Source: an uncultured Clostridia bacterium (lineage in GTDB: Bacteria; Bacillota; Clostridia; TANB77; CAG-508). From it: a DNA stretch of 51,950 nucleotides. Made by a program: the position numbers and the translations under genes. This document shows, piece by piece, positions 10,803 to 20,323 of the stretch (position 1 is its first letter; the number at the start of each line of letters is the position of its first letter). The notes under the pieces are model-generated. The model did no database searches, was not told the origin of the DNA, and saw only the letters and a program-made list of their open reading frames with translations. The stretch is taken from contig CALXCB010000004.1 in assembly GCA_944386695.1 (NCBI GenBank), positions 1-51,950 on the forward strand, read 5' to 3'.

Positions 10803-11219
10803 TTAATTCATTAAAAACATTCGCTGATATTCTTCTATTGTATATATTTTATCACTATTTGGTAGCGTAACATATGTATATGCGCCATTTTCTTTTGCTA
10901 TTTCAAATACATCATCAGTCCATTGTACTGAACCACGTTTTGTGATTTTAGTAATCCATTCAGTACTCCCCCCATGCTTTGTAGTATTAGTCACATTTAT
11001 ATAATCAAATCCAGAATTTGCTTTGTCATTGTTTATTTTATAAATATATGTTTCATATGTTATTTCTCCGACACCTCCATGAAATACAGCTATATAACCA
11101 TTTGGTATTTCATCACTATCTCCTTTACTTTTTTTATTTATAATAACCATTATACAGCTGACTATAAAAATGGTTATAACTGCTATCACAATAAACACAA
11201 AAAATTTTTTATTTTTCAT
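10803..11219 (-). CDS. Hypothetical protein with N-terminal membrane anchor
   Basis: Basic N-terminus plus hydrophobic helix; GAGGT RBS. Confidence 0.7.
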   Translation of the reverse strand: MKNKKFFVFIVIAVITIFIVSCIMVIINKKSKGDSDEIPNGYIAVFHGGVGEITYETYIYKINNDKANSGFDYINVTNTTKHGGSTEWITKITKRGSVQWTDDVFEIAKENGAYTYVTLPNSDKIYTIEEYQRMFLMN

Positions 11220-11222
11220 AAC

Positions 11223-11648
11223 TTACCTCATACGTCTTTTAAATTTGTACTGTCTTTTTTCAAAGCCATTATTTTCATAAAATCTATGAGCATTTATATT
11301 GCTAATCATACTTGTTAATTCTACTGCTTCGCAATTTTTACTTATTGCATAGTCCGTTGCATCTTGTATTAATTTTTTTCCTATTCCTAAGTTTCTATAT
11401 TTTTCATTTACAATTAAATCATCAATAAAAAGTATATTCCTTTTCTTTGCCAATCTATTTATTATTTGTGATATTAAAACACTTACTACCTTATTATCTT
11501 CTACTGCCACAATTTCATAAAAATTAGCATTTTTTAAACTTTCTTTATACTTTTCTACAAATATTGAATACTCTATTTTATTTTCATATAATTCATTTAA
11601 CAACTCAAATACTTGTTCCAAATCTTTTAATTCAATTTTTCTTATCAT
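11223..11648 (-). CDS. GNAT family N-acetyltransferase
   Basis: IDDLIVNEKYRNLGIGKKL; NAHRFYENNGF. Confidence 0.92.
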   Translation of the reverse strand: MIRKIELKDLEQVFELLNELYENKIEYSIFVEKYKESLKNANFYEIVAVEDNKVVSVLISQIINRLAKKRNILFIDDLIVNEKYRNLGIGKKLIQDATDYAISKNCEAVELTSMISNINAHRFYENNGFEKRQYKFKRRMR

Positions 11649-11682
11649 TACTATCTTCTCCTATCTTTCTCCGAAAACACTA

Positions 11683-11937
11683 TTAATTAACACAATTGTC
11701 ATAACTATATTTCAATATTTTTTCTAATTTTATTTTTGGAAATATTCTAGCTAAAGCATGATTACACTTTCCATTTTCTAAACTACTTATAAATTCAAAA
11801 TAATTTATTTTTTTATCATTTATTTTTAGATATGTCCCTAACAAAGTATCCTGCACCTTAAGTCCTAACGTTTTTATTATATGACAAGCTAAATATTCAG
11901 ATATTTTTTCCAACATAATATATGAAGCAGTTGTCAA
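11683..11937 (-). pseudogene. Internally deleted HipA/CtkA-like kinase remnant
   Basis: ISEYLACHI..LG..VQDTLLGTY joined directly to KINYFEFISSLEN..CN.AL.RI.P, segments normally far apart in this family (recalled, not searched). Confidence 0.45.
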
Positions 11938-12147
11938 GTTTTCCTTGACAACTGAATTTTCATTCAGTTTGCTTTCTTCAATTCTCTAAGCCACAGATTC
12001 AAGACCTTTTCAAAAATTCCTGTTTTCCTACTTATATAAATATTTGTCTGTTTTGTGGTTATAACATATAACCCCTTATTATTTTAGTTTTTTATATTCT
12101 CTCCCATTATTTCTAAACTCAACTTATCCATCATCTGTAGTGTACAT
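11925..12147 (-). pseudogene. Fragments of a RhuM-family gene
   Basis: MYTTDDG*VE and LNENSVVKENLTTAS resemble RhuM N-terminal motifs; broken by stops and deletions. Confidence 0.35.
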
Positions 12148-12149
12148 TA

Positions 12150-12668
12150 TTATAAGTATTTTTCAATAAGTTTTAATAATTCTTGTGCTTCTTTTGTGTA
12201 ATTTTCTCCAACAGAATCACCAGATTCTTTTAATACTATTTCATTATTTTTTTCATTTATAACAGCAATAGTATTGGTTCCTTGGTCTGCTCCAGGGTAT
12301 GTTATTTTTATATTATCTTCTATTTTACTAACCAATTCTTTTATTTGTTCTAAATCGTTGTTAGAAACTTTTTTTATTTTTAATTTTGCTTCATTCAATA
12401 TGTATTCTTCTAAGCCTTCAATTGTCCCTATTTTATAGTTTTTTGTATTAGAATTGTTATATTCTCTCCAAATATATATATAACCATTATCAAAAATAGC
12501 TGTTCCATAAAATTGAATCCCTGTTGCATAATTAGAGTAAGTATTAATAGCTAGTAATTTGGCATCATTATTATTTCCTACATATCCATTTTTTCTCATA
12601 AACAAAATATAAAATAAAATTGATATTATCAATATAACTACTATAATAATTAATTTCTTTATTTTCAT
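12150..12668 (-). CDS. Hypothetical membrane-anchored protein, paralog of 13071-13784
   Basis: N-terminal TM; shared Y.NYA...GT.I..NG.IY ... L.ESGD ... LL.LI.KY. Confidence 0.75.
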   Translation of the reverse strand: MKIKKLIIIVVILIISILFYILFMRKNGYVGNNNDAKLLAINTYSNYATGIQFYGTAIFDNGYIYIWREYNNSNTKNYKIGTIEGLEEYILNEAKLKIKKVSNNDLEQIKELVSKIEDNIKITYPGADQGTNTIAVINEKNNEIVLKESGDSVGENYTKEAQELLKLIEKYL

Positions 12669-12692
12669 TTCTATTTCCTCACATTCAAATTA

Positions 12693-13049
12693 TTAGTTAT
12701 CTTTCATTTTCTTTTTTAAATCTTTTTCTGAATATTGGTTTGGCAAGTCTAAAAATTCTAAACTATATGTGTCTAATATTCTTGTGTTAGGATAGTCTTC
12801 ATCATCTTCAACTTTTGCTAAACTTTCATTTGCTTTACCATCTGAGAGCATATATCTTTGATAATATCCACTTCCTATTTGTCTATCTAATTCTCTTTTT
12901 GAATAATTATTTTTTATTCACACTTTTATATAAAATTCTTTTTCTTCGATGCTATTTGTACTACTTAAGATAATCAAATTATTTGTCCAACTAATTTGTC
13001 TCACCAGTGGAGCGATTATTTCATTATCCTTATAAGTTTCATTAAATTG
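12693..13049 (-). pseudogene. YhcG/DUF1016 (PD-(D/E)XK nuclease family) fragment
   Basis: QFNETYKDNEIIAPLVRQISWTNNLII...EKEFYIKV*IKNNYSKRELDRQI...DTYSLEFLDLPNQYSEKDL; internal TGA at 12918-12920; truncated at both ends. Confidence 0.75.
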
Positions 13050-13070
13050 TAAAAACTATCATAAAATATT

Positions 13071-13784
13071 TTAAATATATTTTTTTATTAAATTTAGCAG
13101 ATCCTCTGTATATTGGCTTGTATTTTTTCTACTCAAATCTCCACTTTCTTCTAAAATAATTTTTTTATCTTCATCATTTTTATATACAGAAATAGATTCA
13201 GAACCTGCATCAACAGCCGTTTGTCTCTCTTCATAATTAGTTCCTATTTGAGAAATATATTCTTTCATTAGTATTAAGTCTGCTTCTGAAACCGTTTTTT
13301 CCTTACGTTTTGCATATTGTGATTGTGCTAAATTGTATTTGTCAATTGCTGCTTGTGAGTCATCTACATTAAATTCATATATTTGACCATTATTACAAAT
13401 TATAGTACCGCTATATGTAAATAGCCAAGCATAATTTATATAAGAACTTTCTACTAATACATTATAATCACTAAGATCAATGTCAGTATTATTTTTCTCT
13501 ATTTTGATTATTTTTCCACATTTTGTACATCTTCCAGTATTACTTGAACATCTTGAACATATTATCATATTTGGTATAACTTCATATTCTTTTGAACATA
13601 TAGGACATTTTAATAATGCCACTCCCATTGAATTTAATTGTTCATCACTTATTGAACTACAATTTCCATTACAAGTATCAAACCCATATAAGATATATAC
13701 TTTAATTTTTCTATAATTAAATATAACTAAAAGTAACATGATTAAAATTATTACTACAATACATATTATTTTTTTCTTTTTCAT
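13071..13784 (-). CDS. Hypothetical membrane-anchored protein with Cys-rich insert
   Basis: TM helix, CNGNC/CPIC/CSRC/CTKC cluster, C-terminal domain shared with 12150-12668. Confidence 0.75.
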   Translation of the reverse strand: MKKKKIICIVVIILIMLLLVIFNYRKIKVYILYGFDTCNGNCSSISDEQLNSMGVALLKCPICSKEYEVIPNMIICSRCSSNTGRCTKCGKIIKIEKNNTDIDLSDYNVLVESSYINYAWLFTYSGTIICNNGQIYEFNVDDSQAAIDKYNLAQSQYAKRKEKTVSEADLILMKEYISQIGTNYEERQTAVDAGSESISVYKNDEDKKIILEESGDLSRKNTSQYTEDLLNLIKKYI

Positions 13785-14261
13785 ATTTTTACAAAATCCC
13801 CTTTGATTTTTAGTTTACCCTTAATACAATATTAACCTATAATAAGTTTTTTGACAATATTTATTAGGAATAAAAAATTTCATAATTATTTAAATATTTT
13901 TTATAAATTTTTTATATTATCATTATCCTTTTGAATCTGTTTTTGATACCTATCTTCCTCTGGGCTTTTCCTATTTAACTGCATATTTTTGCGTATCATG
14001 ACATTACTCCTTAAAGTACTTGATAATACTGCATTTATGGGCTATTGTATGATGTCAAAGTCGCATATTTCAGCATATTTCAAAAATTCATATTTTCCTT
14101 CATATATAAAGTTTTTCCCATTTTTGCGGTTATAATATATAATCTCCTTAAAACTAATTGACATTATATCATATTTGCTAAAAATATTCTACTAATTCGC
14201 CATGAAAAGAGAGAGTAACTTTTTTTAATTCACTATAGATTATATTAGAAATATAACTGCA

Positions 14262-14318
14262 TGATATAAATTGATATAAATTGATATTGTTGAAATTTTA
14301 CATAAAATCTGGTATAAT
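14262..14318 (+). promoter_or_regulatory. Sigma-A promoter with upstream 10-bp tandem repeats
   Basis: TTGAAA(14290-95)-17 bp-TATAAT(14313-18) with TG extension; TGATATAAAT repeated about 2.6 times at 14262-14287. Confidence 0.6.
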
Positions 14319-14441
14319 AATAATATGCAAAATGCTGTAAAATTAAGCTTATCATTGATTAAATTTTATTTATTAATGACTTTGATTAAGTTTAATGTTA
14401 CTTCATTAGGCAAATAAAATATTATTAGGAGGACGTCTTAT

Positions 14442-15482
14442 ATGAAGACAATCAAAAAAAACACTAACGTAACAATCAAACATATCCTTGGCGAAACAGC
14501 TGAGGCTATTGTAACTCGGTTAAGCAATGGGCAATATAAGTTCAACTGCGATGCTTATGTCGTAGGCGAAACTTGCAAAGGTGGTTTTTTCCACCTTCGG
14601 CAGGCCAGAGAAATTATTCCAGGCAAAAAGCTTGGACATAATGTGAAATTCTGGCCTCGGCTCAGAAGAGCCCTGCAAGAGGCAGGAGTGAAACCGGTTA
14701 ACATCCCTGGCGGAGGTTATCCGATTCACTATGAAGATGAAATAGTGATTCCGGACTATTCAATGTCTGGTGCTCACTATTTTGTCATAAAACATCAAGA
14801 TATTGGCAAATATCTTGATATGTTGCCTCTAGATGAGGCTGGCAAGACTCGTGCCAATGATTTCGAGCGTAAAAAGCTCGAAGCCTATTGGCGCGAACAA
14901 GACCCCAAATACATTGCCAAGCAAATTGGCAATAAAATTTGGAATTCCTGTGACCTCGGCGGAGAATTCCGTAAAATCACTCTGGTTGCAGAGGATAATA
15001 CAGAATTTTCCGTAATCTACCCGTCATTTAGTACCAATTTAATTTGGTCGGGCGGGTGTAATGTAGCGAAGGTGCTGTGCACTGCACCTGAAACCGGAAT
15101 AGAATATCTTTCTGGTTGGGCTGCAGGGCATCTCGATCCGAGAAAGCACTGCAGGATAAAGAAAATTTATTCTCGGGGTTGGAATGAGTACACGGCTTAT
15201 CTCATGCCGAACCCTGATCTTGCCACAGAAGTAAGGGATAGTTGTCGTTGGTTAGGATTGTTTGACAATCCTGACAATGATGGCATCCCTGTCGAAAAGA
15301 TCGCATATGCCAAAAGGATCATCCTTGAGGCTTATGATCTAGATGACAAACTTTTAAAGGATCGGCTCGTTTATGACAGAGACTCCAAAAAAGTAATTAA
15401 AGAGTCTTTACATAACTGGCCATTTAATTCCTTTAATGAAAAGGTCCCAGGAGAAAACTTCGACTGGAGACCTACCGAGTAG
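14442..15482 (+). CDS. Orphan hypothetical protein, atypically GC-rich (probably acquired)
   Basis: 346-aa ORF with AGGAGG RBS, own promoter and terminator; about 42% GC in lines sampled by hand, well above the flanks. Confidence 0.8.
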   Translation: MKTIKKNTNVTIKHILGETAEAIVTRLSNGQYKFNCDAYVVGETCKGGFFHLRQAREIIPGKKLGHNVKFWPRLRRALQEAGVKPVNIPGGGYPIHYEDEIVIPDYSMSGAHYFVIKHQDIGKYLDMLPLDEAGKTRANDFERKKLEAYWREQDPKYIAKQIGNKIWNSCDLGGEFRKITLVAEDNTEFSVIYPSFSTNLIWSGGCNVAKVLCTAPETGIEYLSGWAAGHLDPRKHCRIKKIYSRGWNEYTAYLMPNPDLATEVRDSCRWLGLFDNPDNDGIPVEKIAYAKRIILEAYDLDDKLLKDRLVYDRDSKKVIKESLHNWPFNSFNEKVPGENFDWRPTE

Positions 15483-15495
15483 CCTATTGAAGTAC

Positions 15496-15536
15496 AAACA
15501 TCATGGCAGAAGTTGTTTCTGCCATGATGTTTTTTT
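15496..15536. terminator. Bidirectional intrinsic terminator
   Basis: 16-bp stem AAACATCATGGCAGAA/TTCTGCCATGATGTTT plus T tract. Confidence 0.85.
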
Positions 15537-15549
15537 ATAAAACTTAAAT

Positions 15550-16593
15550 CTATTTCGCTTTATTTAAATCTTTTGAATAGTAATACATATCAACGCACTG
15601 CATGTCTCCATCCCATAATTCTTCATCATAATTATCTATAAAAAAATTTTTTATTGTTTTTTCATACTTATCAAATCCTTGTTTTACATAGAATGGTATA
15701 TTGTTTTCTGTTGTTCCTACAATCATCTTTTTATATCTTGTCTTATAATTATCTACTAAATACTTAATCATCTTTTTTGCATATCCATTTCCTCTATGTT
15801 TTTCTTTTGTTATAATATTTTTTAATTCTACAATATCATTGTCTATTTTCATTACTACAGCAATACAAACTGGTTCATCTTTATATGTTAATACAAACAA
15901 TTCTCCATCAGCCAAATATTTGTTAATCATTTCTTTGCTTGGATCTGCTTCAAGTAATAACTCTAAGTATTGCTCTTTATTATCTTTTTCTTTCCTTATA
16001 TTGATTGAATGATTAACTGGTAAAAATTCGAAGCCTTCTGGTAATTTTGGTTTTGCTAAATTGTAGTTTAAATATCTACTTTCTTCAGAAAAAATACACC
16101 CACAATATTTCTGCATATAAAGGCCTATTTCTCTAGCCTTTGCTTGTCCTTCTCTAAAACCAACTCTAAAATCTCTATATAAAAATTGTAAATCATATTG
16201 TTTTGCAATCTTATCCCCAAGCTCATGAATAATATCATGTTTTTGATATGGACTTACTAGAAGTGTAGTTGTAATTGTGTCATACCCATTTTCTTTTGCA
16301 AATTTGGCAGTTTGTTCCAATCTTACAGGATAACAATACTCTTGACATCTTGTTTCTAAATTATTTATGGTATTTTTACAAAATTCTTTTAATCCATAGT
16401 CTTCTTCAAATATTGCATTTACATTTATACTTTTAGTATATTCTTTTAAGCAATCTCTTCTTGATTTATATTCCATGTAAGGATGGATATTTGGATTAAA
16501 CCAATATACAGTTGGTTCTATTTCTTCGCTTCTTAGTTCATCTATACAATATACACTACATGGTGCACAACAAGTATGCATTAATAATTTCAT
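15550..16593 (-). CDS. queH: Epoxyqueuosine reductase QueH fused to a C-terminal GNAT domain
   Basis: LLMHTCCAPCS, NPNIHP, YMQKYCGCIFS; then LLLEADPS...ELKNI...RGNGYAK...FYVKQGF. Confidence 0.88.
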   Translation of the reverse strand: MKLLMHTCCAPCSVYCIDELRSEEIEPTVYWFNPNIHPYMEYKSRRDCLKEYTKSINVNAIFEEDYGLKEFCKNTINNLETRCQEYCYPVRLEQTAKFAKENGYDTITTTLLVSPYQKHDIIHELGDKIAKQYDLQFLYRDFRVGFREGQAKAREIGLYMQKYCGCIFSEESRYLNYNLAKPKLPEGFEFLPVNHSINIRKEKDNKEQYLELLLEADPSKEMINKYLADGELFVLTYKDEPVCIAVVMKIDNDIVELKNIITKEKHRGNGYAKKMIKYLVDNYKTRYKKMIVGTTENNIPFYVKQGFDKYEKTIKNFFIDNYDEELWDGDMQCVDMYYYSKDLNKAK

Positions 16594-16623
16594 TTTTTAT
16601 TTCCTTTCCATATTATAACTTTG

Positions 16624-16679
16624 ACAGTTGGGACCGGGTCTTATTTGTGCAAGCACAATTAAGACCCGGTCCCAATTGT
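16624..16679. repeat. REP-like palindrome overlapping the ruvB stop
   Basis: 27-bp arms with 2 mismatches, core GGGACCGGGTCTT/AAGACCCGGTCCC. Confidence 0.75.
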
Positions 16680-17675
16680 ACAATCATATCCTAAATGTTT
16701 ATATGCTGGTGGCAATACAACTCTTCCTTTTGGTGTCCTAGCAATAAAACCTATTTGTAATAGATATGGTTCATATACATCTTCTATTGTATCTATTTCC
16801 TCCCCAAGAGATGCAGCTAATGCTTCGATTCCTACTGGTCTTCCTGAATATTGTACTATCATCATTGAAAGCATTTTTCTGTCGGTTTCTTCTAATCCTA
16901 ATTCATCTATTTCTAATTGGTTTAGTGCATATTTTGATATTTTTAAATCTATTTTTCCATCTGACAATACTAAAGCAAAATCTCTTACTCTTTTTAATAA
17001 TCTGTTAGCAATTCTTGGTGTTCCTCTTGATCTTCTTGCTATTTCTCTGCAAGACTCATCATCTATTTCTACACCTAATATTTTGCTTGAACGTTTTATG
17101 ATTGTACTTAAATCTTCTACTGAATATAATTCGAGTTTTTGTATAATACCAAATCTATCTCTTAGAGGTGTTGTTAAAGCTCCTGCCTTTGTTGTAGCTC
17201 CTATTAATGTAAATTTAGGTAAATCAAGCCTTATTGATTTTGCTTCTGCTCCTTTTCCTATTGTTATATCTAATACAAAATCTTCTAAAGCAGGATATAA
17301 TATTTCTTCTACTACTTTGCTAAGTCTATGTATTTCGTCAATAAAAAGTACATCAAATTCTTCAAGGCTTGTCAAAATTCCAGCTAAATCTCCTGGCTTT
17401 TCTATTGCCGGACCTGATGTTATTCTTATTTTTGAATGCATTTCATTTGCTATTATTCCAGATATAGTTGTTTTTCCAAGTCCTGGTGGTCCATAAAATA
17501 AGCAATGATCAAGTGGTTCTTTTCTTTTTTTAGCTGCTTCTATATATATTTTCATACTTTCTTTAACTTTGGTTTGCCCTATATATTCTTGTAATGTTTG
17601 AGGTCTAAGAGTTTTTTCAAACTTTTCCTCCTGAATATCTGAAAGCTCTGGCCTACTTAAATTTTCGTTATTCAT
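16659..17675 (-). CDS. ruvB: Holliday junction branch migration helicase RuvB
   Basis: [37 protein letters not shown]. Confidence 0.97.
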   Translation of the reverse strand: MNNENLSRPELSDIQEEKFEKTLRPQTLQEYIGQTKVKESMKIYIEAAKKRKEPLDHCLFYGPPGLGKTTISGIIANEMHSKIRITSGPAIEKPGDLAGILTSLEEFDVLFIDEIHRLSKVVEEILYPALEDFVLDITIGKGAEAKSIRLDLPKFTLIGATTKAGALTTPLRDRFGIIQKLELYSVEDLSTIIKRSSKILGVEIDDESCREIARRSRGTPRIANRLLKRVRDFALVLSDGKIDLKISKYALNQLEIDELGLEETDRKMLSMMIVQYSGRPVGIEALAASLGEEIDTIEDVYEPYLLQIGFIARTPKGRVVLPPAYKHLGYDCTIGTGS

Positions 17676-17692
17676 TAACTATTCACATCCAT

Positions 17693-18178
17693 CTATTTAA
17701 TATTATCTATAAAATCTTCTATTAATTTTATTATTTTTCTATTATCTCCTTTGTATTCTTTCGGTTTAAAGTCTTTTATCTGTTTTAATGCCTCTGGTAA
17801 ATCTTCTACATTTTGAATTCCTATTAAATATTTCTTTTCATTAAAAACATTTATTATTTGTCTTTGATGATCATTTACATGTTCATTAAATTCATGTAAT
17901 CTTGGTACTGCAATTACTTTTTTATGTTTTTTTAGAGCCATCGTTATTGATCCAACTCCACCATGTGTAATAATTATATTTGCTTCATCAACTAAATTTT
18001 CTAATATGTCTTTTGAAATCATATCAAATATTTTCATCTTATCGGTTTTGTATTTTGTAAATCCTGCTTGTACTACTACTCTTTCTGTTATAAATCCATT
18101 GTTTATACAGTCTTCTATTTCTTCTAATAATCTGGTAAATTCATTATGCTGTGTTCCCAATAATACTAATATCATCAT
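17693..18178 (-). CDS. PssE/Cps14G (Alg13-like) glycosyltransferase subunit
   Basis: ILVLLGTQ..F.RL, IITHGGVGSI, VPRL...EHVNDHQ. Confidence 0.9.
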   Translation of the reverse strand: MMILVLLGTQHNEFTRLLEEIEDCINNGFITERVVVQAGFTKYKTDKMKIFDMISKDILENLVDEANIIITHGGVGSITMALKKHKKVIAVPRLHEFNEHVNDHQRQIINVFNEKKYLIGIQNVEDLPEALKQIKDFKPKEYKGDNRKIIKLIEDFIDNIK

Positions 18179-18194
18179 AAACTCCTATCTCGAT

Positions 18195-18250
18195 ACCAAC
18201 TGGACCGGTTCTTTTTGGTCCCGATACCAAAAAGAACCGGTCCAGTTGGT
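18195..18250. repeat. REP-like perfect palindrome
   Basis: 25-bp perfect arms ACCAACTGGACCGGTTCTTTTTGGT with 6-nt loop. Confidence 0.85.
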
Positions 18251-18252
18251 GC

Positions 18253-18727
18253 CTAAAAAATTTGTCCAACATATACTGCTTTTGGATAGATTTTTAACAT
18301 TTCCTCCCATTGGACTACAAACAAGTCTGCAATTGGATAAATTAATTTTCCGAGTTGCAGTCTTTTTGTTTATATTAGCAAATGTTTCTATATATATTAT
18401 TTTGCTCCCAAAAATTTTACCTAAATAGCACATTGGCCCAGCTGTATGTGTTCCTGTAGTTACTATTACTTTTGGGCGTATTTTAAAATATAAATATATT
18501 GTTTTTAATATCAAATAAAAATATATAAATATGTATTTTAAAAGATGGCTTCTTGTCCCATATGGTAAATAAGAAACTCTATCCCCGTATTTTTCTTTTA
18601 AATATTCATTTGTTTTATCTTTTTCTGTTATTATATGATAGTCATATTTTTCAAATATACTACTTAATTGTAATAATTCGTTTAAATGTCCGCCTGTACT
18701 TGATATAAATAATACTTTTTTCTTCAT
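18253..18727 (-). CDS. PssD/Cps14F (Alg14-like) subunit; needs +1 shift at CGGA (18349-18352)
   Basis: SSTGGHL...IYIETFA..KTAT then [C]GGA gives GKLIYPIADLFVVQWEEMLKIYPKAVYVGQIF*, the expected family C-terminus; 157 aa. Confidence 0.88.
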
Positions 18728-19389
18728 TATGGATCAGCTCTTCCTAATATTATTATTCTATGTTCATCATTTGCATCTGTACAACATGATAATGCTATTG
18801 TTGGTGCATCTACTTGTTGGTTTAAGAATGATATATCTGTATCTGTTGTTATAAATTTAGAATAGATTGTGTATTTTTTTTCTGTTCCTTCATAATCTGT
18901 AAAATAAAATTCATCTCCTTCTGATAATTTATCATTCTCAGAAAATAATGTTCCATTTCTCCTGTTATGACCAACAAATAGTGTTGTTCCTGTTTTGTTT
19001 AATCCTCCTGTCGTGTATAAAAAACATGGCATTTCTTCCATTTTTTCTACAATTACACTACTATATATTTGTGTATTAACTCCAGTTTTTGGAATAACTA
19101 ATGTTCCTATTGGTCCATTTATATTGTAAATTTCTTGTGTTAATTGTGCTGGAGTTTTGGCAGTTTCTTCTTTTGGTTCTTCTTTTACTTCTTCCTTCTC
19201 TTCTTTCTTTTCTATTCCTATTACTAATGTATTATCTGTTTCTGTAATATTTGATTCTGGTTGTATTTGCGTACTAACCTCATTTATAGTGTGTTCTTTA
19301 TTAATATAATTTAATAATAAAATTATTGCAGTTGCTGTAATTGTTACAGCTACTATAAAAATTATTATATATTTTATCTTTTTACTCAT
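18727..19389 (-). CDS. Sortase family protein
   Basis: N-terminal TM, IGTLVIPK, VGHN, IALSCC...R catalytic His/Cys/Arg. Confidence 0.8.
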   Translation of the reverse strand: MSKKIKYIIIFIVAVTITATAIILLLNYINKEHTINEVSTQIQPESNITETDNTLVIGIEKKEEKEEVKEEPKEETAKTPAQLTQEIYNINGPIGTLVIPKTGVNTQIYSSVIVEKMEEMPCFLYTTGGLNKTGTTLFVGHNRRNGTLFSENDKLSEGDEFYFTDYEGTEKKYTIYSKFITTDTDISFLNQQVDAPTIALSCCTDANDEHRIIILGRADP

Positions 19390-19498
19390 TTTATTTACCT
19401 CTCTAATTTATATTATATAAAAAATATTACAATATTTCAATATTTTTTTGTTTTTCTTGACTATTTTATGGGAATTAATACGCTTTCTTTATTGCTTT

Positions 19499-20202
19499 TT
19501 ATTCTTTAAATTCTTCTGCTAATTTTTGTATAGCTTTGGTTTCTATTCTAGATACATAAGAACGTGAAATTCCAAGCATCTTTGCAATTTCCTTTTGAGT
19601 TTTTGGTTTCCCACCTTTTAACCCAAATCTTAATTCTATTATCATTTTTTCTCTATCTTTCAAAATTTCTTTTATTTTGTTGTACATTTTCTTTATTTTT
19701 AATTTAGTATCAACAATTTCTTCAATACCCTTGCTGTCATTTTCTAGTACTTCTTCTAGTGTTATAACATTATCATCTTTATCTTTTCCGAATTGGCTCA
19801 TTTAGATAAACTTCTGCATTCAGCTTTTTAGTTGAACGCAAATACATTAAAACTTCATTGTCAATACATCTAGACACATATGTAGAAAGTTTTGAACCTT
19901 TATCAATCTTAAAACTATTAACTCCTTTTATTAAACCTATTGTGCCTATTGAAAGTAAATCATCTTGATCAGTATTTGTATTTGTGTATTTTTTACATAC
20001 ATGAACTACAAGTCTTAAGTTTCTCTCAATTAAAAGATTGCGTGCCTCCTCGTCTCCTTTTGCTAGTTGCTCTAAAGCTATTTTTTCCTCCTCTGCCGAT
20101 AATGGCTCTGGAAATAAATTGCTTCCTGTAATATATCCGAACGACTAAAATAGCCGATTTTAAAAACTGTAAAAATCCTGTAATAAAAAGGCCTGAAATC
20201 AT
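19499..20202 (-). CDS. sigK: Pro-sigma-K sporulation sigma factor; needs two +1 shifts at CGGA (20136-20139 and 19787-19790)
   Basis: MISGLF...ILVV[C]GYITGSNLFPEPLS..LIERNLRLVVHV..DDLLSIGTIGLIK..RCIDNEVLMYLR..LNEPI[C]GKDKDDN..TQKEIAKMLGISRSYVSRIE; 233 aa reconstructed. Confidence 0.92.
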
Positions 20203-20226
20203 AAAGCACCCCACTTTCTCTAACAA

Positions 20227-20254
20227 ATTATATGTTACCAAAAATAAAATGTGC
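20227..20254 (-). promoter_or_regulatory. Putative sigma-K/sigma-E type promoter of sigK
   Basis: Minus strand GCAC-N16-CATATAAT upstream of the RBS. Confidence 0.45.
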
Positions 20255-20323
20255 CTGACCTAGTTTTTTAAAACATAAAATTTTATTTGTTACATATGTT
20301 TATATCAGAAAGGATTGATTTTT

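Noticed and set aside
11928-11954. 11-bp inverted repeat CAGTTGTCAAG/CTTGACAACTG as a terminator or transposon end
   Set aside because: It lies within the RhuM-like relic (SVVKENLTT), has no U-tail and no transposase nearby.
12918-12920. In-frame TGA in the YhcG fragment as evidence for UGA recoding
   Set aside because: The fragment is truncated at both ends, so a simple nonsense mutation explains it.
13920-14150. Possible decayed gene upstream of 13784
   Set aside because: Only short broken frames with no recognisable similarity.
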